From Ostrea edulis (Eukaryota), in NCBI RefSeq assembly GCF_947568905.1, contig NC_079164.1:36146001-36210000 (forward strand): DNA of 64,000 bases. The letters are read 5' to 3'. How positions within the stretch are numbered: position 1 is the first letter of the stretch; each line of letters starts with the position of its first letter. Below are positions 27,337 through 40,400 of the stretch, one piece after another. The notes under the pieces were generated by a model that saw only the letters and a list, made by a program, of their open reading frames with translations, was not told the origin of the DNA and did no database searches. The position numbers and the translations under genes are program-made.

Positions 27337-30300
27337 ACCTTTGGCTCAGGTGAGCTAAAAACATTTCCTGACCAATCTGAGCATGGTAAAACATGCTTAC
27401 AGTAAAGTGATTCTCATTCCCTGTAGTTTTAAATCATATCATAAACTTACTGAATATAACATTAAAATTGTTTGTCCCCAGCACTTCACTATAAGTGTGT
27501 TTTACTGTAATTGTTTGTCCCCAGCACTTCACTATAAGTGTGTTTTACTGTAATTGTTCGTCCCCAGCACTTCATTATAAGTGTGTTTTACTGTAATTGT
27601 TTGTCCCCAGCACTTCACTATAAGTGTGTTTTACTGTAATTGTTTGTCCCCAGCACTTCACTATAAGTATGTTTTACTGTAATTGTTTGTCCCCAGCACT
27701 TCACTATAAGCGTTTTTTGCTGTAATTGTTTGTCCCCCAGCACTTTACTATAAGCGTGTTTTACTGTAATTGTTTGTCCCCCAGCACTTTACTATAAGCG
27801 TGTTTTACTGTAATTGTTTGTCCCCCAGCTCTTCACTATAAGTGTGTTTTACTGTAATTGTTTGTCCCCAGCACTTCACTATAAGCATGTTTTACTGTAA
27901 TTGTTTGTCCCCAGCACTTCACTATAAGCGTGTTTTGCTGTAATTGTTTGTCCCCCAGCACTTTACTATAAGCGTGTTTTACTGTAATTGTTTGTCCCCA
28001 GCACTTCACTATAAGCGTGATTTGCTGTAATTGTTTGTCCCCCAGCACTTTACTATAAGCGTGTTTTACTGTAATTGTTTGTCCCCAGCACTTCACTATA
28101 AGTGTGTTTTACTGTAATTGTTTGTCCCCAGTACTTCACTATAAGTGTGTTTTACTGTATATGACACTAAAATCAAACATTCCTATTAATGTTTCAAAGA
28201 GCACAAAAATCCAGTATCAGTTGTAAGTCAGTTAATGTAGAAGTCACATCAGTTATAAGTCAGTTAATGTAGAAGTCACATCAGTTATAAGTCAGTTAAA
28301 GTAGAAGTCACATCAGTTATAAGTCAGTTAATGTAGAAGTCACATCAGTTGTAAGTCAGTTAATGTAGAAGTCACATCAGTTGTAAGTCAGTTAATGTAG
28401 AAGTCACATCAGTTGTAAGTCAGTTAATGTAGAAGTCACATCAGCTGTAAGTCAGTTAATGTAGAAGTCACATCAGTTGTAAGTCAGTTAATGTAGAAGT
28501 CACATCAGTTATAAGTCAGTTAATGTAGAAGTCACATCAGTTGTAAGTCAGTTAATGTCCTCTTTTATTACAATGTGAATGCTTTTAGGTAAAATTATAC
28601 CCCATGTTCAGCAGCCTGACAGTATATAAAACAAGAAATGCTAACATAGCACACCTGTTACCATGACAGTCCTGATGTTGGCGTCCAGAAGCTTGTGAAT
28701 GATGGGAGTAGTTTCTGGTTTCAGCCTGTTCTCCATCACCAAGAATCCAAGGAAAGTCAGGTTCCTCTCTACTTGCTCTCTGAGTAGCCAATAAAAAAAA
28801 ATGTCTTTAATACTAACATTTGATGACGTTAGTGCTGGAACAGTGAACTTTACTCACAACATGTTAGTAAAGATTGTGAATAAATGTGATTGTGACCACC
28901 ATTAAAGACCTCTTATCTTGTAAAGATATTCATTCTCATTCTGATGCAACTTGCAGTATTTCACTTGATATTGACCACTAAACAGTTGCATGATGGTATA
29001 GTCATAAAATATGTTCCAAAATATTTACATTAGACATTTTGTTCATAGCTCAATCTTTTATAACCTTATGATTTAAATCTTTTCATCTCGTTCATGCAAC
29101 TGCCTAAAACCGCAGTGCAGATGCAGTTTATACAGCAGTCTCATTAGTATGAGAAAAAAATCACCTGTGTGGAACAAATTAGTTATCTTTGAAATTACAT
29201 TTTTTATTTTCCAACAAGATACTTAAACTTCTATGAAAAAATATAGCTTAAAGGTCTGATAATGCCCCTGGATTGGTCTGATAACACCCCCTGGATTGAT
29301 GTGGTAACACCTCCTGGATTGATGTGAAAATGCCCCCTGGATTGATGTGATAACACCCCCTGGATTGATGTGATAATGCCCCCTGGATTGATGTGATAAC
29401 ACCCCCTGGATTGATGTGATAATGCCCCCTGGATTGATGTGATAACACCCCCTGGATTGATGTGATAACAACCCCTGGATTGATGTGATAACACCCCCTG
29501 GATTGATGTGATAATGCCCCCTGGATTGATGTGATAACCCCTGGATTGATGTGATAACACCCCCTGGATTGATGTGATAACACCCCCTGGATTGATGTGA
29601 TAATGCCCCCTGGATTGGTGTGATAATAACCCCTGGATTGATGTGATAATGCCCCCTGGATTGGTGTGATAACACCCCCTGGATTGGTCTGATAACACCC
29701 CCTGGATTGATGTGATAATAACCCCTGGATTGGTCTGATAACACCCCCTGGATTGATGTGATAATGCCCCCTGGATTGGTGTGATAATACCCCCTGGATT
29801 GATGTGATAACACCCCCTGGATTGATGTGATAATGCCCCTGGATTGATGTGATAATGCCCCCTGGATTGGTGTGATAACACCCCCTGGATTGATGTGATA
29901 ACGCCCCCTGGATTGATGTGATAACACCCCCTGGATTGGTCAGATAATGCCCCCTGGATTGATGTGATAATGCCCCCTGGATTGATGTGATAATAACCCC
30001 TGGATTGATGTGATAATGCCCCCTGGATTGGTGTGATAACACCCCCTGGATTGATGTGATAATGCCCCCTGGATTGATGTGATAACACCCCCTGGATTGG
30101 TCAGATAATGCCCCCTGGATTGATGTGATAATGCCCCCTGGATTGGTGTGATAATAACCCCTGGATTGGTCTGATAATGCCCCCTGGATTGGTCTGATAA
30201 TGGCCCTTGAATTGATTCAGCAATACTTGCCTTTGGATCCTCTGTATTTTTGTGTACTTTAGTTTTGTTGGAAAAGATCTATAAGCAAGGGCAATAACTC

Positions 30301-33300
30301 TGTACCCATGTTTGGTGTAATTTATAAGAACCTCATGGAAATTGCTTGGGACTGAAATAAAAGTTGCAGAAAGAGTACGTATTACAATACAGATCAATTA
30401 AAGAGAAGAGAACTTCACGCAGAATTTATAGAAAAGGTCTTTACCGGTCTCTGGTTTAGAAAGAGAGGCAATCATCTCTGGAGCTCCTTTAGTGAAGAGT
30501 TCAAAGTTGGGAGCTCCGAGTTTTCTTGTGATGACAGACATCCGTTGTAGGCTGGAGGTAAACGTGAATTGTCTCATGATGGCTATTTCATCATGCATTG
30601 GCTGGGAAATAAAAACATCAAAACAAATGTGAACAGTCTCATGATGGCTATCTCATCATGCATTGGCTAGGAAATAAAAACATCAAAACATATACTTATA
30701 TGTATGGAGCGCCAAATTAACATAAACTCAAATAATTGAAGATATCTTCAATTATTTGAAGATATCATCAATTCATTTGATGCGTGCAACAATTTAATTA
30801 AAGATCTCTTCAAATAATTAATGATATCTTCAATTCTGAATTATTGCGCGCATTAATTGAATTGATGATAACATTAATTCTTCAGCTGAATTGTTGCGCG
30901 CTTTAATTGAATTAATGATCTCTTCCAAATGAATTAATGATATCAACAATTGAATTGATGCGTGCTACAATTCAATTGAAGAGAGCAATAATTGATATAA
31001 TGCGCGCATTAAATCAATTGATGAGAGCAATAATTGAATTGATGTGCGCATTAATTCATTTGATGAGAGCAATAATTGATTTAATGCGCGCATTAATTCA
31101 ATCATTGCTCTCTTCAATTGAATTAATGATATCTTTAATTCATTTGAAGAGAGCAATAATTCTTTTAGAGAGAGCAACTATATAATTAAAGATATCTTCA
31201 ATTCAACATATCCAGAATTGAATTAATGATCTCTTTAATTGAATTGTTGCTTTCTTTAAAAGAATTGATGCGCGCATTAATTCCTTATACAAAAGCATTG
31301 TAAATGATTTAAAGATATCTTCAATTGAATTAAAGAGATCATCAAATTATTTATACCGAGCTCTAAATTAATTATTGCGAGCAATAATTCTACTAAATTG
31401 ATGCTCTCATCAAATGAATTGAAGAGAGCAATAATTAAATTAATGCACGCATCAAATCTATCATTGCTCTCATTAATTCAATTAATGCACGCATCAATTG
31501 AATTGAAGAGAGCAATAATTGAATTAATGCACACATTAAATCAATTATTGCTCTCATTAATTCAATTGATGAGAGCAATAATTGAATTGAAGTGCACATT
31601 AATTCAATTGATGAGAGCAATAATTGATTTAATGCGCGCATTAATTCAATTAAAGAGGGCAATAATTGAGATATCTTCAATTATTTGAGTTTATGTTAAA
31701 TTGGCGCTCCATATATATGCACTAAGATATAGGTGATGTACAGCTGTATTGGTAGAATGTCACACAAAATTTATCCCTTTCTCTGAAAAATTAAATTTGC
31801 ATATTGTGACCTTTCATGACTGCATCATATTAATTTTCCAATTTTAAGTCACAGTATGAAAATTTAAATGACCTGGTACTGAAAAAACCAATTCAACCAC
31901 TCAAAACAGACTTTAGATTATTGAGGGAATATGCTCTCTTGAATTTGATAATTGAGCTAGAAGACTATTATCAGGTCATCAGCCTCTCTATCAGATCTTC
32001 AGCCTCTCTATCAAATCTTCAGCCTCTCTATCAGATCATCAGCCACTCTATCAGTTCTGACCTTGAACTCTTCATCGAACAGCTCCTTGTTGCTGGATCT
32101 GGATCCTTTTGGTCTGACTATGGTAGGGACAATCATGTCATATCTACTGGTCTCTTCCTCTCCAGGTTCCTCCAATTCCTGTAACAACCGTTCAAATACA
32201 GATACAGTCAAACAACCTACAGGGACATTCAAACTAGTTTTATTATCGTTAAATCTTAATTCAATACATCCTCATCTTCATTAGCCAGGAATTGGAGAGA
32301 AGAGGGGTGGAACATAAACCCTTGCTTAGTGAAAATCCCAAAGTTGACACACCGTGTTCTAGTTTGGATAAAATGCTCTATCTGCAATGTCTCGATCCAC
32401 CCAGAAAACTGTGACCAGATGAGCTAGTTAGCCATCAGATCACTCTCATCCTCTTCATGACCATGAAAACCAGAATAAGCACCATCCCTAATTGTGAGCC
32501 TTGTGGCTCCAGAAGGATTTCATTCACAAATCAATCAAGCTTGTAATTTTATTCAATTTACTTGTCTTCATATACAGAATTTTTTAAAACTCTTTTAATT
32601 ATAAGCAAATATCTTCAAGAGATACACATGTATATACATGTACAATGTGTATATATACATGACATATCTTTTTGTGGTGACTCTGTTGTTTACATACCCA
32701 ATTTGTGGCATCAAACATAATAAGATCTAGTGGGTCGCCACTGAGCACTCCATCAATGATGGTCAGAGAGTGACAGGCGGTCATGACATGCAGTAGGTGG
32801 GCCTGGTCATGTGGGAGGGCCTTGATGTCGTGAAGCTCCTCAGTAAACCTGTATAACATCAAGGGGAATTCATAAATAATGTGCTACAACAATTCCAATA
32901 GCATCTCTATTAGGCTGATAATGGAAATTTTTAAATAGAATTTTGGTAAAACTTTACTTTAAATATCTATTACTTAAATTTTGGAAAATCAGTGGCAGTA
33001 CTTGAAGTTGAGAAATATAGTCCATATTCAAACTGCACATCATGATTTTTATTTTGATTAAAACTTTATCCTAATACCGATGCATGCTGACATCTGAGAT
33101 TCAAGTTTCAGCATACATCTGCTGAATTATCCTTCATTATCTTAACAATAAGTATGGTAAAAAATCAGCATTAATTCTAAAACCTAAGAACATGTTTACT
33201 ACTTGAAAATTTTACTTAGCAAATTAAGAATTGAGTCCAAAATGTGGAGGTAAATACTCTTAGTATGGAAAAATAATCTGGAGTTCTGAATACTCTCCAA

Positions 33301-36300
33301 AACTTAGAATAAAGCAGAGATGACTCAGCAATATGGGGAAGATGAGGGAGGCATCATTTCTTTTCACATTGCAAATATATTGGGGATAGGGAGTGTGTGT
33401 TAAGGTACGTTCAAAGAGCTGTTGATATGCAAATCAATTAGTGACGGAACTTTATGTCAATAATGCTAGTCAGTAATTTTTAATTCTCTGGTTTATTTTC
33501 TGACAATTTTCCTTGCCTAAACTTAGTGGTTTATTCCAAATACACTGTATATTTAAAAGGGTAAAAATGAAAATGTAAACCCTACAAGCCATCTTGTACT
33601 CCAACAATACTCTGCATGTTGAGGCCATCCTCTGTCAAAGTGCCCGTCTGTAATAAAACACGATACTGACATGATTCTTAAAAGATAACCACAGACTGAA
33701 TTTGTATTAGGATGGTTCAGAAAAACGTGTTTATTATGAACTCACACTTATCATGAAGTATTATTTATTTCCCTACAAGGGGAAAGTAGCAAATATTTTA
33801 TTGGATATAACAAAGTTTAGTTATAAAGAACTATGTCTAATAAATAGGTTGATATACTGAAGTTGCCACATATTATGTTGGTTGTCAAGTAAAATTAAGA
33901 AACTTCTAGTTACGTATTATCTTACCTTATCAAAGCAAACAGCATTGATGGTTCCACTGACATTAATACTTCGAGGACTGATGCAGTAAATCTGACTTTT
34001 CTTCAGACGTCTCTGAGCAAATACAATCCCAATGGTCAGAGCAGCTGGCAGAGCGGGCGGCACGGCTATCGTGATCAAGTCCATGGAACGAAGGAAAATA
34101 TCTGCAAATGCCTCAGACTCTTGCACCTGAAATATTGTCAAGACTTTTTGTATTCCAACTTAAGGTTCACTGTCCCTCTGAAAAGGATGATAACTCTTCA
34201 TATGGATCCATGGCAGTAATTCCTTCCTATGCATGTGACAAAAGAGAGTTGGGCAAACACGGACCCCTGGACACACTAGAGGTGGGATCGGGTGCCTAGG
34301 AGGAGTAAGCATCCCCTGTGACATTGCACATTAAGTTAAGCACTGTTGAATGAGGCACGATACACATTTGTGACATTGCACATTAAGTCAAGCAGTGTTG
34401 AATGAGGCACGATACACATTTGTGACATTGCACATTAAGTCAAGCAGTGTTGAATGAGGCACGATACACATTTGTGACATTGCACATTAAGTCAAGCACT
34501 GTTGAATGAGGCACGATACACATTTGTGACATTGCACATTAAGTTAAGCACTGTTGAACGAGGCACGATACACATTTGTGACATTGCACATTAAGTCAAA
34601 CACTGTCGAACGAGGCACAATACATATTTGTGACATTGCACATTAAGTCAAGCACTGTCGAACGATGCCTGATACTCTTTTTCCCGATTAGAGTGACCTA
34701 CCCCTGAATTCAAAATTATTCTGTGCTCTTTATCTACTAACGATGACTAAATGTATGCATTGATGGTCAAGAAGTATGGGTGTTGTTTGATTAATTGTGC
34801 TAATGTGTGTTTCATATATGCCATTGATCTTTTCAAAATTCATATTTTTCTGTAAATGAACAATGGCGCCATACTTTTATTTAAGTGGTTCTTTATGGTA
34901 TGAATGGAACGTCAGCCATTTTGTTTTGTAATAGACCTCCTTAATTCAGTGTATATTAATGGACAGAATCACAATAACATTAAAGAGTTCCATGACAGGG
35001 ACCAATATCACATTGTGGTCACAGATTATAAAAAATAACATGCAAATAGACTATATTCACATTTTCTTAATTCTAATGTATAAAAGTAATATATTAACTG
35101 ATCAGATTAAAATCTTCTATTCCACTCGTCATTTAGATCTATATGGAGGTGCGGCCCCATGTTTGACTACATACCATCAATACTACTGTGTAAATGAATC
35201 CGACCCCTGCAATGGCTGCCAGTATGCCGACAAATATGTATGTGTCCCTATTGAATTTAAAGTCCACAGGTTTTGGGAACATGATGGAACGCACCAGTTC
35301 TCCTTTTGCTGTTGAAAATCCTTTAATAAAAAAAAAAGAAAGAAATACATCTGTCATGATATCACTAAATCTTAAATGAAAGCTAACAGTTCCAGATAAT
35401 TACTTTATATCAATACAATAAAACACTCTCACAGCATACAGTTATAAATAGGTGTTATAGACGGCTAGTCCACCATCCTGTACCACAGCATACTGTTAAC
35501 TCACTGGATATAACAAATTACTTATAACATATATCAAAACTATTTGTCCTTCCCACTTTGCTATAAACATGTCTTACTGTAATTGAATTATGTTGATCAG
35601 AAAGACAAGCTTGTCGAGCTTTACCTGTCCGCAGAACCACAGCCTTAACATGCTGGGAGCCATAAAACCTGGTCTGTAAGATGTGTGTGCCACAAAACAG
35701 AACGTGTTTCGCGTGATCCTTCAGGTTGAACAAGATATCCTCCTGTGACTTGGACATTTTAGGGTTGGGTAATGGAGTTTTAGTCACTGGTACACTTTCT
35801 CCTGTAATCAAAATTCGAATTTTACAAGTACGCGGTCTACTCTTCTCACATTAAAGTCCCTTATATTGAACTATCTGTTATACTAAAGTTGCTTATATTA
35901 AATTGAACTATCTGTAATATTGAAGTCGCTTATATTGAACTATCTGTTATATTGAAGTTCATGCTTATATTGAACTATCTATTATATTGAAGTCACTTAT
36001 ATTGAACTATCTGTTATAATGAAGTCGCTTGTATTGAACTATCTGTTATATTGAAGTAATTTATATTGAACTATCTGTTATATTGAAGTCACTTATATTG
36101 AACTATCTGTTATATTGAAGTCATTTATTTTGAACTATCTGTTATAATGAAGTCACTTGTATTGAACTATCTGTAATATTGAAGTCGCTTGTATTGAAAT
36201 TATCTGTTATAATGAAGTCATGCACTTATATTGAACTATCTGTTATATTGAAGTCACTTATATTGAAGTCACTTATATTGAACTATCTGTTATATTGAAG

Positions 36301-37464
36301 TCACTTATATTGAACTATCTGTTATATTGAAGTCACTTATATTAGCAACAACCACGCTCGCTAGGTGGCGCGTCATGTTCTATTTTTATTTCTACAGGAA
36401 AAGTGGGACGAGGTTACACCCTATTTTTTACGGGCTAGTATGGATAAACCTAGAGCCTACGAATGATGCGAAGTTGATCGTTCGGATCTAAAATAGCTAT
36501 ATTTAGCGTATCTCACGTGATTAGGCAGATTCCAGAAAATCCCTTTGAGATTGAAGCGATTAAGTAGAGCGAGTATATGTAAACATTTACTTAACGGTGA
36601 AATACGCAACAAAGAGTGACATATTAATACATTTTATGCATGAATAAATTATACTGAGGTCAAACATGGACGATAATTGCCCGTGTTCATATAGTATTTG
36701 ATTAATTTAGATATCCAAGGAAAGATAACTCCCATTATTAACGTACTCACAACAAACCGGTGGTATACAATAATACAATGTTTCTGAATGATGAGTGAAT
36801 CTTTATTTTCATCAGAATCTTTTCCATCACACTCGCAGACCAGGTCCCCATACCCCTACCAGTGTCAAACTGTGACTGATAGCAGTGCGGTATTTAATTT
36901 GATATAGTCTAGAGGAAATTCGAAATATGGTAGTGACATTTCTTCCTCACTGAATTAGCTGGATTTTTAACGTTTAAAGAAAAGTGGGGTATGGACTGGG
37001 GGGTTAAAAATGCTATTTGCCAAATTTTCAACAATATTAATTACAAGGCAAGGCAAAAGGGGTCATTAGCTACAGATGATGCAATTTTCACTTGCAAGTT
37101 GCACTGCCACTAGTTACACTTAATTAGTGACTTACTTACAGAGAAATAAAGTAACTTACAAATATTTTATTTATTTATTTATCTATCATTTCATTTCATT
37201 TTTTTTAATATCATGGTTTGTAGAAGAATCATCGCAATAAAGGGACATTAATTATTAGTGTTACAAAAAAATCTGATCATGCAGTTTTTAAATTTCTGAA
37301 TTTTGAAAAAATAAATAAATAATAGATTCTGATACCACTCAGCCCCCCCACCCCCCGACTGGCCAGAGAGTTCTGCTTCTGTCAGTTCTGATGCAACTAG
37401 CTCAGCCCCCAGACTGGCCAGAGAGTCCACTGTTTCGGTAAATTCTGATAATGATGCAACTCAG

Positions 37465-37498
<34 letters not shown>

Positions 37499-40400
37499 AC
37501 AGCTCTACCAGAAGTTCTCGGAAAAGACTTGCTGATGTTTAATAAATCAGTTTTCCTATTAATTTTACTTTTGCTCCTGTTCATCAGTTCATTAGGCTAT
37601 GGCCCAATCTGATTAAATTTAAGATCGTTGATCCGCTCCGTGTTCCACTTCCTTTCCTGTATCTGTGAAGTCCAGAGGTGAGATATATTCTTTCCAAAAC
37701 AACTAAGAATGTTCATGGAACAATTTAGTATTAATTGTTTTCCATTTATGTTGTATGCCTTATTTCAAGAAATAACTTTCAGATCACTTTTTAATGTGAA
37801 ATGGAACATTTTCAATTTTTGACAACCTGACGGTAGGGGTGTTTAAGACACTATACCTCATTTTCTGTAAGGAAGTGGAGTAAAAAGAATTCAGAATTGG
37901 ATTCAGCATACCCAAAATTGGTAATTACACCTGCTTTTTATTGTTTTGGATAATGGTGTTTCAAGAAATAAAGTTGGGTCACTTTTTGATGCGAAATGAA
38001 ACATTTTCTGTTTTTGGCAACCTGACGGTAGGGGTGTTTAAGACACTATACCTCATTTTCTATAAGAAATTGGAGTAAAAGGAATCCAGATTTGAAATCA
38101 GCATACTCAAAATTGGTAATTACACCTGATTTTTATTGTTTTGGGTAATTTTTAAAAAATGGGTGGTGGTTGCTACTTATATTGAACTATCTGTTATAAT
38201 GAAGTCACTTATATTGAACTATCTGTTATATTGAAGTCACTTATATTGAAGTCACTTATATTGAAGTCACTTATATTGAACTATCTGTTATATTGAAGTC
38301 ACTTATATTGAACTATCTGTTATAATGAAGTCACTTATATTGAACTATCTGTTATAATGAAGTCACTTATATTGAACTATCTGTAATATTGAAGTCACTT
38401 GTATTGAACTATCTGTAACACTGAAGTGAAAATAAATCCACAGTAACATTATTCATAATGTTCAGCATCAGTTATATTCAATTTTGGATATGATGAACAA
38501 TTCAAGTTGATCCCCTGAATTTCAATATATCCTGAGTATGTATATGCAGATGAGTATATTGTATACATTCGACTGAAAAATCACAAATATAAAATCTAAT
38601 GCAGTTTAATAGTGATCCATGAGGTATTAGAATTAGACCATCACCTGTGAGCATACTCTCATTAATGATACAGTTTCCTGTCAGAAGCACGGCGTCACAC
38701 TGCATGAAACAGCCATTCCGTGGGATAGAAATAATGTCGCCAGGCACCAGATCATCCGAATTCACGTCTACATAAGCTGAAAACAGCATCAATTTTTCTA
38801 ATGAGCTGTACTCTTTAATTACCTTATACATTTAGGTATCTAATAGATTCAATATCAGAAAGTTCTCTTGGGGAGAAGAAAATTCTATGATTTAAATAAA
38901 AATAATCTTACTATCTCCACTTAGTCTGGACACGATTGTCGATGATTCTATGGTGTCTCTTAATGCTCTTTGCATCTACAACAAAGCAGATTTTAACAGT
39001 TTGTCCAAATGAACAGTCATGTTTTGACACAAATTTTCAACAAGTGCCTGCAAACAAAACCCAGCCATTTAGCTGTTGTGTCTAAAGTTGTTTGATCTAG
39101 TATACAGAAGTGACTAGAACTTTTTCTTTTGCTTTTATCTATTCTTAATATTCTCAAGTCAAAAATAAATTTCCATTTCACTCTGAAGTCAATGTTGACA
39201 GATCTATAAGATAATTGTTTGAGAATTTTAAGTTTTAACTCAGGTAAACTTTTACCATACTCAAACTCAAACTTTTTTGTTTTGAGTACAACTCAGGTGA
39301 AATAGTTAATACCAGGCATGGAGGTTATAAAACTTTGTAGTCAAACTCTAACATGTTTGTTTTGAGTACAACTCTGAGCAAGCTCCAAAGCATACTCAAA
39401 AAATCTTGAGAATGTACTCAATTTGAGAATGAGAATGATTTTATAAAAGTTTTATAACCCTGACTTTTGAATATGAGTAAAAAAAATTCCCTCTTTATAA
39501 GCTGTCTAAATTGGAATAAACTTATCTTATCTTCTCTAAATGATATAGAACACAGAGTTTGAGTTTGAGTATGAAGATGTGCTCAAAAAAGTTTTATAAC
39601 CTCCAGGACAGGTGTTATTCTATTGCACTTATTTATTCAGTCATTAATTCAATAATCACAAATCACAAATAAATAAATGTGAAATCATTAACATTTAGGG
39701 GTTGGGTTGGATTTGTGAATTGCCAAGTGTTTACACTGTTGGGAGAATGTGATTGTGTGGATTTGGTTTACACTGTTGGGAGAATGTGATTGTGTGGATA
39801 TGGTTTACATTGTTGAGGGAATGTAATTGTGTGGATACGGTTTATACTGTTGGGAGAATGTGATTGTGTGGATATGGTTTACACTGTTGGGAGAATGTAA
39901 TTGTGTGGATATGGTTTACACTGTTGGGAGAATGTGATTGTGTGGATATGGTTTACACTTTTGGGAAAATGTGATTGTGTGGATATGGTTTACACTGTTG
40001 GGAGAATGTGATTGTGTGGATACGGTTTACACTGTTGGGAGAATGTAATTGTGTGGATATGGTTTACACTGTTGGGAGAATGTGATTGTGTGGATATGGT
40101 TTACACTGTTGGGGGACTTTGATTGTGTGGATATGGTTTACACTGTTGGGAGAATGTGATTGTGTGGATACGGTTTACACTGTTGGGGAAATTTGATTGT
40201 GTGGATATGGTTTACACTGTTGGGAGAATGTGATTGTGTGGATACGGTTTACACTGTTGGGGGAATTTGATTGTGTGGGTATGGTTTACACTGTTTGGAA
40301 AATGTAATTGTGTGGATATGGTTTACACTGTTGGGAGAATGTAATTGTGTGGATATGGTTTACACTGTTGGGAGAATGTGATTGTGTGGATATGGTTTAT

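Noticed and set aside
29223-30397. Three overlapping 234-285 aa ORFs ([14 protein letters not shown])
   Set aside because: A 23-bp minisatellite that is open in all three minus-strand frames.
30937-31688. Helical-looking ORFs (IELMRAII / LLLSSIEL)
   Set aside because: They translate the internal repeats of the 30703-31713 TIR element.
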